This document shows, piece after piece, positions 28,197 through 37,042 of a stretch of 64,000 nucleotides of DNA (positions within the stretch are counted from its first letter, which is position 1; every line of letters begins with the position of its first letter). Below the pieces are notes generated by a model. The model was not told the origin of the DNA, made no database searches, and was given only the letters and a program-made list of their open reading frames with translations. The stretch lies in the IMG/VR virus record IMGVR_UViG_3300027365_000007, one strand, 5' to 3'. This DNA is from a virus. Lineage: Duplodnaviria; Caudoviricetes. A program made the position numbers and the translations under genes.

Positions 28197-29625
28197 ATAC
28201 TGCCATAGGTGGTCTTTTGGCTTTCATAGGTTCTTTATTAACCTCTAGGCCAACAATATCAATATCTTCCCATTTCAAACCAATGACATCATCAATAGTA
28301 TTAAAATCTTTATTGATAACTAACTCTCCCGGTTTTCCTAGATCACGTTCAACAATTTCCTTTGCAAACTCAAGCTGATTCTCATATATATGAACATCGG
28401 TTAAATCACAAGACATATATCCAACGTTCATGTTCGCCAATTTTGCCATGCATATTAGATACAATGCGTATTGCTGACGTGCAAAGGATTCGCCGAATAC
28501 TACATCCAGACTTCGGTTCATAACTTTTAAATTAAGTGTCATAGAACCATCTTTTTCAGGAATGCATACAAATTGATGTGAATGCCAACAAGGCGTGAGT
28601 GCCATTTCTTTACTCTGCGATGGATTCCAGAAAGTAGTTAACATTCTTCGACTGTAAGGATTGTTAAGCAGGGTGTCACTGGTTTCTATAAGTTGATCGA
28701 CACCTTGGGTGTTTTTTTGTCTAGAAACCAAACGATATCCATTCCGCGTTATATTTTTGTCTATGTTTTTTTCAGACCATAAATCATAAAAGTTTTTTGG
28801 ATCAAAATTCATCTGTTTTGCAAATTTGACCGCATTATCAAATGTGTGAACTTCACCTGTTTCGACATCTTCGACGGTTATAGTATAGTTTTCTGGATGA
28901 TTTTGTGAATCGGTAATCCACATACAGTTTTCTATAGAATATTCAAATCCATTACCAATAATATCCTTATCCAAGACGTATCGGGTATGAGGATTGGCAA
29001 TCTTATCCTTCCAGCCCGGTATTTTTTTCACATCTTCTGAAAACTTCTTAAATTCAAGCCAATCATTACACACAGACACACCTTTTGCACCATATAAATG
29101 ATAACTACTTGAATCTCTGCGATAACAACGATCTATCATTCCCATCCATGTGGACTTTAGTGGATCATGCTCACTACCGTATCCATTTGCAATACCCAAA
29201 TACGTCGCACTAAGCCCTTCTTTTAGTCTTGGTTCAGGTTGAGTTATACTATCGTATTGACCATTAAAATTTCTCCACGCAAACCCATACGCTTTACCCA
29301 TTTCACCCTCACCAAGATAGTTTAGGTTTCGGTTATCTAGAAATTCACGACTAGTATTACCTTTCCAGAAGCCAACGCCTTTATCCTCAAGTAATTTGGT
29401 TTGAGTTTGTCCATGCATAAAGAACCAAAATTCTTCAAATGCAAGCCTTAATGGCGCTGATCTAAAAGTAGAAAACGGAAATTGCTTTCCTACATTCCAA
29501 ACTAGTTTACGGTCAAAGACCTTATAGCATCCAACACCCGTTCTATCAGGTGTTTTAACCCCATTTTCCAAAACATCTTTGATAAGGTTGATGTAACCTT
29601 GCTCATCATAGTATACTACTGACAT
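28195..29625 (-). CDS. thyA: Thymidylate synthase family protein with an in-frame HNH insertion
   Basis: DRTGVG, AYGFAWRNF, VDQL, RRMLTTFWNP, catalytic LTPCWH, RSLD and DVHIYENQ motifs. Confidence 0.9.
   Translation of the reverse strand: MSVVYYDEQGYINLIKDVLENGVKTPDRTGVGCYKVFDRKLVWNVGKQFPFSTFRSAPLRLAFEEFWFFMHGQTQTKLLEDKGVGFWKGNTSREFLDNRNLNYLGEGEMGKAYGFAWRNFNGQYDSITQPEPRLKEGLSATYLGIANGYGSEHDPLKSTWMGMIDRCYRRDSSSYHLYGAKGVSVCNDWLEFKKFSEDVKKIPGWKDKIANPHTRYVLDKDIIGNGFEYSIENCMWITDSQNHPENYTITVEDVETGEVHTFDNAVKFAKQMNFDPKNFYDLWSEKNIDKNITRNGYRLVSRQKNTQGVDQLIETSDTLLNNPYSRRMLTTFWNPSQSKEMALTPCWHSHQFVCIPEKDGSMTLNLKVMNRSLDVVFGESFARQQYALYLICMAKLANMNVGYMSCDLTDVHIYENQLEFAKEIVERDLGKPGELVINKDFNTIDDVIGLKWEDIDIVGLEVNKEPMKAKRPPMAV
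28705..29259 (-). mobile_element. In-frame HNH-type homing endonuclease plus NUMOD1/IENR-like domain inside thyA
   Basis: About 185 codons between WRNFNG and GVDQL, containing TWMGMIDRCY...YGAKGVSVCNDW..F..F...LDKD.......YSIENCMWI. Confidence 0.8.
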
Positions 29626-29695
29626 ATTAACCTCTTTTTACTTGCAATTTGATTAAGAATTATGTTAACATAGAATGGTTATAAGGAAAGGTCTT

Positions 29696-30772
29696 ATGTA
29701 CAAAAATATTTTTATAAATTGGTTTGAAAATGTATTCTCTGGTGAAGCGTTCCGCGATGACATGGTGGATACTGTCGAAGATTCTCCATATCATCGTGAA
29801 GACAACGTTTGGGTCCATACAGAAATGGTAGTTGACGCATACATTCGTTTGTCACCTGCTACATGGTCCAAAAAAGATCTCATGGGCGCATTGATGTGTG
29901 CATTTCATGATGTTGGCAAGCCTGCGAGTGAAGAAGTGAAACAGCGTGATAACGGTACTGAATATCGTCGCTACAATAACCACGACACTGTATCAGGTAA
30001 TATGTTTATTGATTATTATCTTCAGAATAAAGACCAACAGGTATTTTCTGACTTGAACTCTACCGACATTTATAACATTTGGGTTATGATTGCATATCAC
30101 ATGCCGTATAAGATTAAGCAAAAGCGCCTTGATAATCTCTCATACCATATGAATAAATTCGGACTTGTCAGTGTGTTTACCCGTGCGGTATATGCTGATG
30201 CAAAAGGCCGTATTAGTGATGATGAAGAGAAAACACTAAAGTCATCGAGTAAGTGGTGTGAGCGGTTCAACAAGATGTACGTTGAACATCCAGTGCGTAA
30301 CGATTCCAAGACTGTTATTGTTTTGTGTGGATGTTCTGGTATTGGTAAAAGTACTCTCTCTGAAAAGTTGATGAAATCATACAGCAATGAAAGCATTGTT
30401 TATCATTCTATGGATGACCTTCGCCTCAAGTGGTACTCGGATGATTATCGCGTTGCGTTTGAAAAAGCGTCACAAGATTCAGATTTCGGTAATAAAGTCA
30501 CTAGTGACTTTATGCATAAGCTGAAAGTCAATGACATTGTACTTGTAGACAATACTAATCTAACTTACAAGCGCCGTAACCAGTACTTGAACAACAATAA
30601 AAATACTGTTAGAATTGCATATGTTCTAGTCGCATCCTTTGACGAAGTTCTAAACCGTCAATCTAAGCGAACTGATAAAGAAATTGGTTATAAATCGATT
30701 GAACGTATGTACTATTCTCATCGCCCTGTTATCTACGGGGAAGTTGATGAGGTGAAACTAGTAGGATTCTAA
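29696..30772 (+). CDS. HD-domain phosphoesterase fused to a P-loop kinase (HD-Pnk-like RNA end-healing enzyme)
   Basis: YHREDNVWVHT...AFHDVGK...HD...YHM in the N-terminal half; GCSGIGKST, MDDLR and DNTNL..KRR in the C-terminal half. Start set at 29696 because of the AGGAAAGG RBS. Confidence 0.8.
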   Translation: MYKNIFINWFENVFSGEAFRDDMVDTVEDSPYHREDNVWVHTEMVVDAYIRLSPATWSKKDLMGALMCAFHDVGKPASEEVKQRDNGTEYRRYNNHDTVSGNMFIDYYLQNKDQQVFSDLNSTDIYNIWVMIAYHMPYKIKQKRLDNLSYHMNKFGLVSVFTRAVYADAKGRISDDEEKTLKSSSKWCERFNKMYVEHPVRNDSKTVIVLCGCSGIGKSTLSEKLMKSYSNESIVYHSMDDLRLKWYSDDYRVAFEKASQDSDFGNKVTSDFMHKLKVNDIVLVDNTNLTYKRRNQYLNNNKNTVRIAYVLVASFDEVLNRQSKRTDKEIGYKSIERMYYSHRPVIYGEVDEVKLVGF

Positions 30773-31225
30773 ATGATTGTAACATTTGGTTATGATGTGA
30801 AGTTAGATGAGTTTGTGCCGACTTTTGAACCTTCAATGTCGCATGAAGTGTGGGTTGATGCTAATGACAACCTACCAATCTATATGTCTAAAAGTTTTTT
30901 CATCACACACTATCGAAAGTTGACATTCATGAAGCGGTTTGGTTTTGATTTCTCTAAATTGAAATCAGAATCAGAACTGGAACGCATGCTTCAACTTTCA
31001 GGTAATGATTTATACTATGCATGTAGACTTCTCACTATAAAAAAGAGGTCTGCACTGTATACGTCGTGTCGTTCCCAATTGTTGAATTTCCTTAAAGCAA
31101 ATCAACCAGAGCCTGTTTGGACATCCAAACAAACACGATGTTTGAGCGCTGATTTTGGTAAAGAATATACCAATAAATATATTGCAATATCCAAAGCGCT
31201 CAACGTCATATCATCATTTGCTTAG
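30773..31225 (+). CDS. Hypothetical protein
   Basis: 150 aa; starts directly after the HD-Pnk stop. Confidence 0.65.
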   Translation: MIVTFGYDVKLDEFVPTFEPSMSHEVWVDANDNLPIYMSKSFFITHYRKLTFMKRFGFDFSKLKSESELERMLQLSGNDLYYACRLLTIKKRSALYTSCRSQLLNFLKANQPEPVWTSKQTRCLSADFGKEYTNKYIAISKALNVISSFA

Positions 31226-33004
31226 ACGTTGGTTCAACGTAGTGTTTATTTTAGTGAGCATATCTTTGGCTCTTTCTTCTTCAGTATCAAAATCTATACA
31301 AACATCTGGGTATTGGTTCAAGAACCATAAGAAGATAAGCATTTCCTTAACTTTGAATTCAAGGTCACTTACTGATAGAGATTTTGGGTCACACATAGGT
31401 GTTTGAAGATCTCTATACTCAAGAAGCTGCTTTGTAAACTTCTTGAAAACTACTATATCCTTCTGTACATCAATAGGGCAGTTGATTAGTCGATGATATT
31501 CCTTAACTTGGTTTGGATATACCTTTTCTAAGAATTTAGCAATCAGGATTTTATTTTCCATATCGCCATGTACAAACATAGAGTCTTCAGGGAAACGGGT
31601 ATTTTCAGACCAATCAGAAAGAATAGTACTAAGATTATATGTTTTCATAAGGCTATGAATGTAATCATCAGTGGGCTGTACCTTGAATTTATCGACACAT
31701 ACGTTTAATTTTGCCTTCATGGCATCTCTGACATACTGTAGCGTGTCTTTATTAGTTGCCCCGACATAACCTACATCGTATATTCCAAAGCGCCCTGCAC
31801 GTCCTGAGATTTGCTTTGTGAGCATGTCCCCTAGAACGGTGTGTGAGGTACCGTTGTATTTTTCATGGGTGGTAAACAATATACGCTCAATAGGAAGATT
31901 CAATCCCATGCCTATGGCATCTGTTGTTATCAATACGTCTGTTTCACCATCAATATATCGCTGTGCCTGAAGTTTTCTTACATCCGATCCTAGTGCACCA
32001 TATATCAATGATGCCTTTGTACCTTTAGGTAATTGTTTCTTGATATTAAAAATATCTCTTCTGGAAAAGGTGACCAATGCGGTATTCTTTTTTATTTTTC
32101 TGATATCAGTATGTTTACTATCCATCTGTAATTCAGATTTACGATCAAAGTATTTAATTTCTAGATCATCCCCTAGATATTCAGATAATACTTTAAGACG
32201 CTCATCATATTCTCTAGGTCCAGTAACAATAATAGTATCCGCATTAGCTCCTACTAGTGCTTGTATGAACGCCCAACCCCTATCAGGATCATCGATCATT
32301 TGTATCTCATCAATGATAATGAGATCATAGTGATTATTAAAATTAAAACATTCTACCGTTGATGATACGCATTGATTGTTTTCTACATATCTACGCTCTT
32401 CGCCTGTAATTAGACTCGTTGGTATACCATTGCCGTTGAGGTAATCGTAATTCTCTAGTGCAAGTAATCGCAGAGGGGCTAGGTATGCGGTGTTAAACTG
32501 GTTGGCTAGTTCACTCAGAGCTTGAAATGTTTTTCCTGAATTGGTCTCGCCTAGATGAGCAACTATTTTACGTTTACGTTTACGGGCAAGTGGGAAAACA
32601 TCAGGGTAGTCAATAACATTTTCAAAGTCACTCAATTCATTTTCTATAGAAGCACGTTCTATATACTCAGTAATTTCTTTCCGTATGGTTTTTATCTTTT
32701 TATTATATGAATCAATATCTTGAAGTAAAATTATGATCTCACCTACATCAATACCTTCGTACTGTTCCATGCAGTAAGTGATGATATCATTGATTTCGGA
32801 GTGCTTGGAATATAGTTTGGATTTAATAGATTGTAATTCTTTGTCTACATTTGTACTTCTTGGTGTGTGGTTTACTTCAATTCGATATGGGTAATCTCGT
32901 AAAGTGACTTCTTTACTAACACTGTTGTTGTCTAGTTTAATGCCTTCGGTCTTTAGTACACGCCGAAGTGCACTATGTATCTTACGTATTCTACTCGGTT
33001 TCAT
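31214..33004 (-). CDS. Suv3-like SF2 helicase
   Basis: GETNSGKT, APLRLLA, DEIQM...RGWA, FSRRDI, YGALGSDVR, TDAIGMGLNL and QISGRAGR motifs are typical of Suv3/MgpS. Confidence 0.9.
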   Translation of the reverse strand: MKPSRIRKIHSALRRVLKTEGIKLDNNSVSKEVTLRDYPYRIEVNHTPRSTNVDKELQSIKSKLYSKHSEINDIITYCMEQYEGIDVGEIIILLQDIDSYNKKIKTIRKEITEYIERASIENELSDFENVIDYPDVFPLARKRKRKIVAHLGETNSGKTFQALSELANQFNTAYLAPLRLLALENYDYLNGNGIPTSLITGEERRYVENNQCVSSTVECFNFNNHYDLIIIDEIQMIDDPDRGWAFIQALVGANADTIIVTGPREYDERLKVLSEYLGDDLEIKYFDRKSELQMDSKHTDIRKIKKNTALVTFSRRDIFNIKKQLPKGTKASLIYGALGSDVRKLQAQRYIDGETDVLITTDAIGMGLNLPIERILFTTHEKYNGTSHTVLGDMLTKQISGRAGRFGIYDVGYVGATNKDTLQYVRDAMKAKLNVCVDKFKVQPTDDYIHSLMKTYNLSTILSDWSENTRFPEDSMFVHGDMENKILIAKFLEKVYPNQVKEYHRLINCPIDVQKDIVVFKKFTKQLLEYRDLQTPMCDPKSLSVSDLEFKVKEMLIFLWFLNQYPDVCIDFDTEEERAKDMLTKINTTLNQRLSK

Positions 33005-33025
33005 ATCTATTCCTTTTATATAAGG

Positions 33026-33053
33026 AGTATAATGGTTAATCGCTAGATGTCAA
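33026..33053 (-). promoter_or_regulatory. Sigma70-like promoter for the Suv3-like helicase
   Basis: TTGACA-N16-TATACT about 20 bp upstream of the ATG. Confidence 0.7.
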
Positions 33054-33054
33054 T

Positions 33055-33180
33055 TGAATTTCGTTAGAAATTCATCGCAAGACATGTCTTGCGAATATTT
33101 ATCTATATGAATCTATAGTATTATTATCTGTATGTCATTCCATTCCATACAGATATGAAATATCATGATAATGATATTTC
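33055..33180. repeat. Array of four consecutive inverted repeats
   Basis: TGAATTTC/GAAATTCA (33055-33074); perfect palindrome TCGCAAGACATGTCTTGCGA (33075-33094); TATCTGTATG/CATACAGATA (33125-33155); GAAATATCAT/ATGATATTTC (33157-33180). Confidence 0.85.
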
Positions 33181-33278
33181 TATTACTTAAATATATCTCT
33201 ATCTATAACTAAAACTCTTACTTTTTCTTTATATAGAAATAATAAGAAATAGGTTAGACTTTTTAGGTTAGAGTTTTG

Positions 33279-33306
33279 TTGACAAATCCCAGATCAGTGA
33301 TAAATT
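33279..33306 (+). promoter_or_regulatory. Sigma70-like promoter for the DEAD-like helicase
   Basis: TTGACA-N16-TAAATT with TG upstream of the -10 element. Confidence 0.55.
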
Positions 33307-33351
33307 CATTATCAATAATAATACTGACATAAAAATAAAAACAGAGGTGAT

Positions 33352-34812
33352 ATGACAGGAAAACGTAAGCCGATTCAATACCTTAGCTCATTAACAGGGA
33401 GTGGAAAATCTGAACATGTAATAGATAAGATAGCCAATGGTGACGAAAAATATATAATTGTTGCACCTAATAGAGAACTTTGTGACGAATTGTATGCCCG
33501 TTTGGTATATTCATTCGATACAAATATAGAGCCAGAAGAGGATGCTATGGTCATTCATCAGAATACGAATGATCGACCATCTAAACAGTTGAAGCACTGC
33601 ATTGAGGATAATAATACGGTCAGAATACTGATAACAACCCATGCTGCTTTTTTTCTAATGCTCAATAAATCTATTAATGTTTCAGACTGGAACCTAATTT
33701 TAGACGAAGAGATGCCAATCTTTGAAGAACATGAGATTAATGTCACTAAGTATACTAAAAGCATCCTTGAAGATACATTGGAATTTGAAAAAACACATGA
33801 TAACGGATTTTATAACATAAGCTTCAAGAAACCTATGTTTGGTTTAAATCATAACGCTGGGATTATCAGAGATTCCTTTTTAAATAATAAGGTATACAAT
33901 AAGCTATCTAAGCATATTCTAGATGACAAGTATGATACGTTGGTGTCTGAGGAAAGTCTTGAATATTTTAATAATTCCGAATTAGACGATAACGGAAAGA
34001 AATTTACCAAATTCTATGCAATTTCGATATTGCGATTGGAGATACTATACAAGTTCAAGTCAATATTGGTTTTATGTTCATTCTTTGAAAAAACAGTGAC
34101 TTATAAACTGCTTAAGTGTTTAGGATGTGAATTAAAGCCATATTATTATATTCCAGATATGACTGAGCATGCAAATACTGAAAAAATAACGATTCATTAC
34201 TTTTTTGATATGAATTGGAGTACAACGCTGAGAAAGACAAGGATAAACAAGAAAAAAACGGTAGAGGAATTAGTGTATGAAAATATCAAAGCCCTTATAG
34301 GCAATGAGAAGTTCCTTTACAATGCGAATATAAATTTTCGAAATACAATTAAAGGTGGTACACTAGCAGCCTCGACACATGGTATCAACAAATATAAGAC
34401 GTATACTGAAATGGTATTCATGCCTAGTCTCAATGCTACTAGTGCAACGGTTAAGCTACTATCCAAGTTTGGAATGAAGAGACATGATATAGACTTTGCA
34501 CGTAATGTATTAACAGCTTATCAGTTCGCTTCTAGAGGGGCTATACGTGATGTTAATAATGAAAAGGATGTAAACCTATATGTAATGGATAAACGTACTG
34601 CTGTGTTTCTCAAAAGCGTTTTCACGAAGGCTAAAATCAAACATCACTCAATGGACGAAATAGTAAAGACGAAAACAAGCACTAAGAAGGTTCCAAATAA
34701 TATTAAAAGCTTCATGTCACGTGTTCGCAGGCGTTTAAACGATGGCGAAACCGTAAGGCCCAAAACATTACAGAAGTATCGAGACTACTATGAGGAATAT
34801 TACAATGGATGA
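33352..34812 (+). CDS. SF2/DEAD-like helicase-fold protein
   Basis: SSLTGSGKS Walker A, IIVAPNRELC, ILITTH, LILDEE Walker B, QFASRGAIR; basic C-terminus. Confidence 0.75.
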   Translation: MTGKRKPIQYLSSLTGSGKSEHVIDKIANGDEKYIIVAPNRELCDELYARLVYSFDTNIEPEEDAMVIHQNTNDRPSKQLKHCIEDNNTVRILITTHAAFFLMLNKSINVSDWNLILDEEMPIFEEHEINVTKYTKSILEDTLEFEKTHDNGFYNISFKKPMFGLNHNAGIIRDSFLNNKVYNKLSKHILDDKYDTLVSEESLEYFNNSELDDNGKKFTKFYAISILRLEILYKFKSILVLCSFFEKTVTYKLLKCLGCELKPYYYIPDMTEHANTEKITIHYFFDMNWSTTLRKTRINKKKTVEELVYENIKALIGNEKFLYNANINFRNTIKGGTLAASTHGINKYKTYTEMVFMPSLNATSATVKLLSKFGMKRHDIDFARNVLTAYQFASRGAIRDVNNEKDVNLYVMDKRTAVFLKSVFTKAKIKHHSMDEIVKTKTSTKKVPNNIKSFMSRVRRRLNDGETVRPKTLQKYRDYYEEYYNG

Positions 34813-35857
34813 TTTTAATGATATAAAATATGTGATGAAGTACGATACTGGTATTACAGTGTCTGTGTACAAGCCACGGAATATTCATGAATATATACAA
34901 CTGGCTGAGTTTATTATCAATTCGTATACTGAGAGTACATATCATGTGGAAGTTTCATTCGAAGATTGGGAAGATCCTATGTATAATAAGATAGGTATGA
35001 TAATGATTACACCTTCCATATATTTGACAATTGAAGATTTTGAATTCTTTGTTAATAATTTAGAAAATTATGATGGTGTGGCTAATATATGTGGTAAAGA
35101 CAAATTATATATTGATACTTCAACGGGCATTACTGGTCCTTTCGCGGAATATAAAGATCTCAAGGAAGAGATGAAGAATATAACTGGATGTGATTACGAC
35201 ACTATGGATGAAAAAATTAAAAGTAGATTAAAAACGTCCGGTGAATCAACGTTTGATATATTGCATATCATCAATAATAAAGAATCTTTAAAACGGGTTA
35301 TGTTCGTTATTTTGTGTAAGGTATATTCGTATTACAATATGCAAAACAAAGAATATGACTTTTTCCGAAACGCATGTGATACGGGCATGGTTGATTTTTT
35401 AAATGGTAAACGTTTTTACATGGTACCATTTAACGGCATGCACCAACCTTCAGTAGTTATACGTGAAAAACAATCTCGTGATTTTAATAATATTCTTAAT
35501 TATTTAAAAGATTTGATACATAAGTTTGAAAATAGCGAACATATATTAGTAGTTGACGTAATGACATGTACTTATATATTATCTAATGAAATGAAAGAAA
35601 AATATAAAGGTTCATTCATAATGAAGACCGTTTACAAAGACAAAGAATTTCTTTATGTCATGAATCGTGAACAAATTGACAGACTGAAAGAAAGTATTGA
35701 ACATTCAAAGCCCGAATACCCTAGTCATCGTATTCATGAGCATATACTATCTATCCCATTATTGTTTGACAAAGAAATGGATGGGATATATAAAAGGTCT
35801 CTACTTCGTTCAGGTTGTTCAGGGTACGACGCAGTATATGTTAAAGATGTCTCTTAA
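34805..35857 (+). CDS. Hypothetical protein
   Basis: About 350 aa overlapping the helicase stop; GAGGA RBS before MDDFNDIK. Confidence 0.7.
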   Translation: MDDFNDIKYVMKYDTGITVSVYKPRNIHEYIQLAEFIINSYTESTYHVEVSFEDWEDPMYNKIGMIMITPSIYLTIEDFEFFVNNLENYDGVANICGKDKLYIDTSTGITGPFAEYKDLKEEMKNITGCDYDTMDEKIKSRLKTSGESTFDILHIINNKESLKRVMFVILCKVYSYYNMQNKEYDFFRNACDTGMVDFLNGKRFYMVPFNGMHQPSVVIREKQSRDFNNILNYLKDLIHKFENSEHILVVDVMTCTYILSNEMKEKYKGSFIMKTVYKDKEFLYVMNREQIDRLKESIEHSKPEYPSHRIHEHILSIPLLFDKEMDGIYKRSLLRSGCSGYDAVYVKDVS

Positions 35858-36045
35858 AAAAGAGACATCTTGCTTATTTTAGTCATTAGCTCAATCTTGT
35901 CTTGAACAGTCTTGTCTAACGTTTCTAGTTGTTTAAACGACATACACCATGCTTCTTCGTAAGTTACACCACCACCACTATAAACCACCGCATTGGTAAT
36001 TTTCTTAGTGTATGCATCCTCAAGATGATTATAGTTATTGAGCAT
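35854..36045 (-). CDS. T4 gp51-like baseplate hub assembly protein
   Basis: Small ORF (GGVTYEEAWCMSFKQL) directly downstream of the gp26-like gene, as in T4-like phages. Confidence 0.6.
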   Translation of the reverse strand: MLNNYNHLEDAYTKKITNAVVYSGGGVTYEEAWCMSFKQLETLDKTVQDKIELMTKISKMSLF

Positions 36046-36071
36046 GTCGATAACGTTTTTAGGCTCCGCTA

Positions 36072-36965
36072 TCAGGAGCCAGTTCCGAAAAAATCAGTTG
36101 GGTTTGTATCAAACGGTTGTGTCCATTCATATTCACATTCTACACATTTGATTGTTTCTTCATTGCGCACACCGCGAGAATTTATTTCACCTAGCTTATC
36201 ACGTATAGTCTCGAATGATGAATTGTCTAACTGTCTTAACCACTCAAGTATCTCATCGTGGTCATCAACTACCTCACCTTCATCAGTTACTACCTTTTCG
36301 ATGCAGTTTGCATAAACATCCATGGTATTGATAGTTAAATCGCGGAATATCTCATGGATGGATGATAAAAATTTTACCTCATCTTCTTCTTCTATTTCCT
36401 TTTCGTTGACCATTTTATTAAGGTCTTTGCGAATTTGAGATATTTTTTTCTGCTCTTCGAATGAATGAGCATCTAGTGTCAGAGCATCTTGAAATGATGC
36501 TGGACGTAAATATACTGTTAATCCTGCAATGTTTTCATGGGTTACGGTATACTCACTGTCATGTGGCTTAACGTCAGCCAGAACCGCTTTCAGATCTCGC
36601 GCATACGTTTGTTCATGTTTGCATTCTGGGTTAGGGCATGTCAGTTCTGTTTCATCTATAGAACCTTCACTGGCTATCTTAATCGCAACCAGTAAGCTAT
36701 CGACATCAGATTTAATCATCTTTTTAACGTTTACGTCGCTTAATGTAGTTGAGTCCTTTATAAGGTTTTCGATTGCACTACCATTGATTAGGGATTCTGG
36801 GTTCTTAAGCATTAGGTCGTTCATAGTAGTCATCGGCATAATACCAACCTCGTTGTTTGCGCTTATACCGTCCACGTTAATGAAGCCTTCAGGGTAAAAA
36901 TGCATTCCTGATGGAAGTTCAATGTACAATTTTGGTTTTCTATAATATTTTTTTAGACTAGACAT
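36072..36965 (-). CDS. T4 gp26-like baseplate hub subunit
   Basis: KYYRKPKLYIELPS, PMTTMNDLMLKNPESL, LLVAIKIAS, CPNPEC and CVEC motifs. Confidence 0.8.
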   Translation of the reverse strand: MSSLKKYYRKPKLYIELPSGMHFYPEGFINVDGISANNEVGIMPMTTMNDLMLKNPESLINGSAIENLIKDSTTLSDVNVKKMIKSDVDSLLVAIKIASEGSIDETELTCPNPECKHEQTYARDLKAVLADVKPHDSEYTVTHENIAGLTVYLRPASFQDALTLDAHSFEEQKKISQIRKDLNKMVNEKEIEEEDEVKFLSSIHEIFRDLTINTMDVYANCIEKVVTDEGEVVDDHDEILEWLRQLDNSSFETIRDKLGEINSRGVRNEETIKCVECEYEWTQPFDTNPTDFFGTGS

Positions 36966-37042
36966 ATATTTTCACCTATCCTCTATATCAATTGATAAAT
37001 AACTGTAGTGTATTATTTATCAAAGTATAATCTGGGGCTTTT

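Noticed and set aside
28705-29259. Intein or group I intron in thyA
   Set aside because: There are no intein terminal residues. The insert is fully open, in frame and filled by protein domains. An intron is not formally excluded without a covariance search.
33055-33330. tRNA or tRNA-like element
   Set aside because: No T-loop (GTTCRA) or D-loop consensus and no cloverleaf; these are simple adjacent hairpins.
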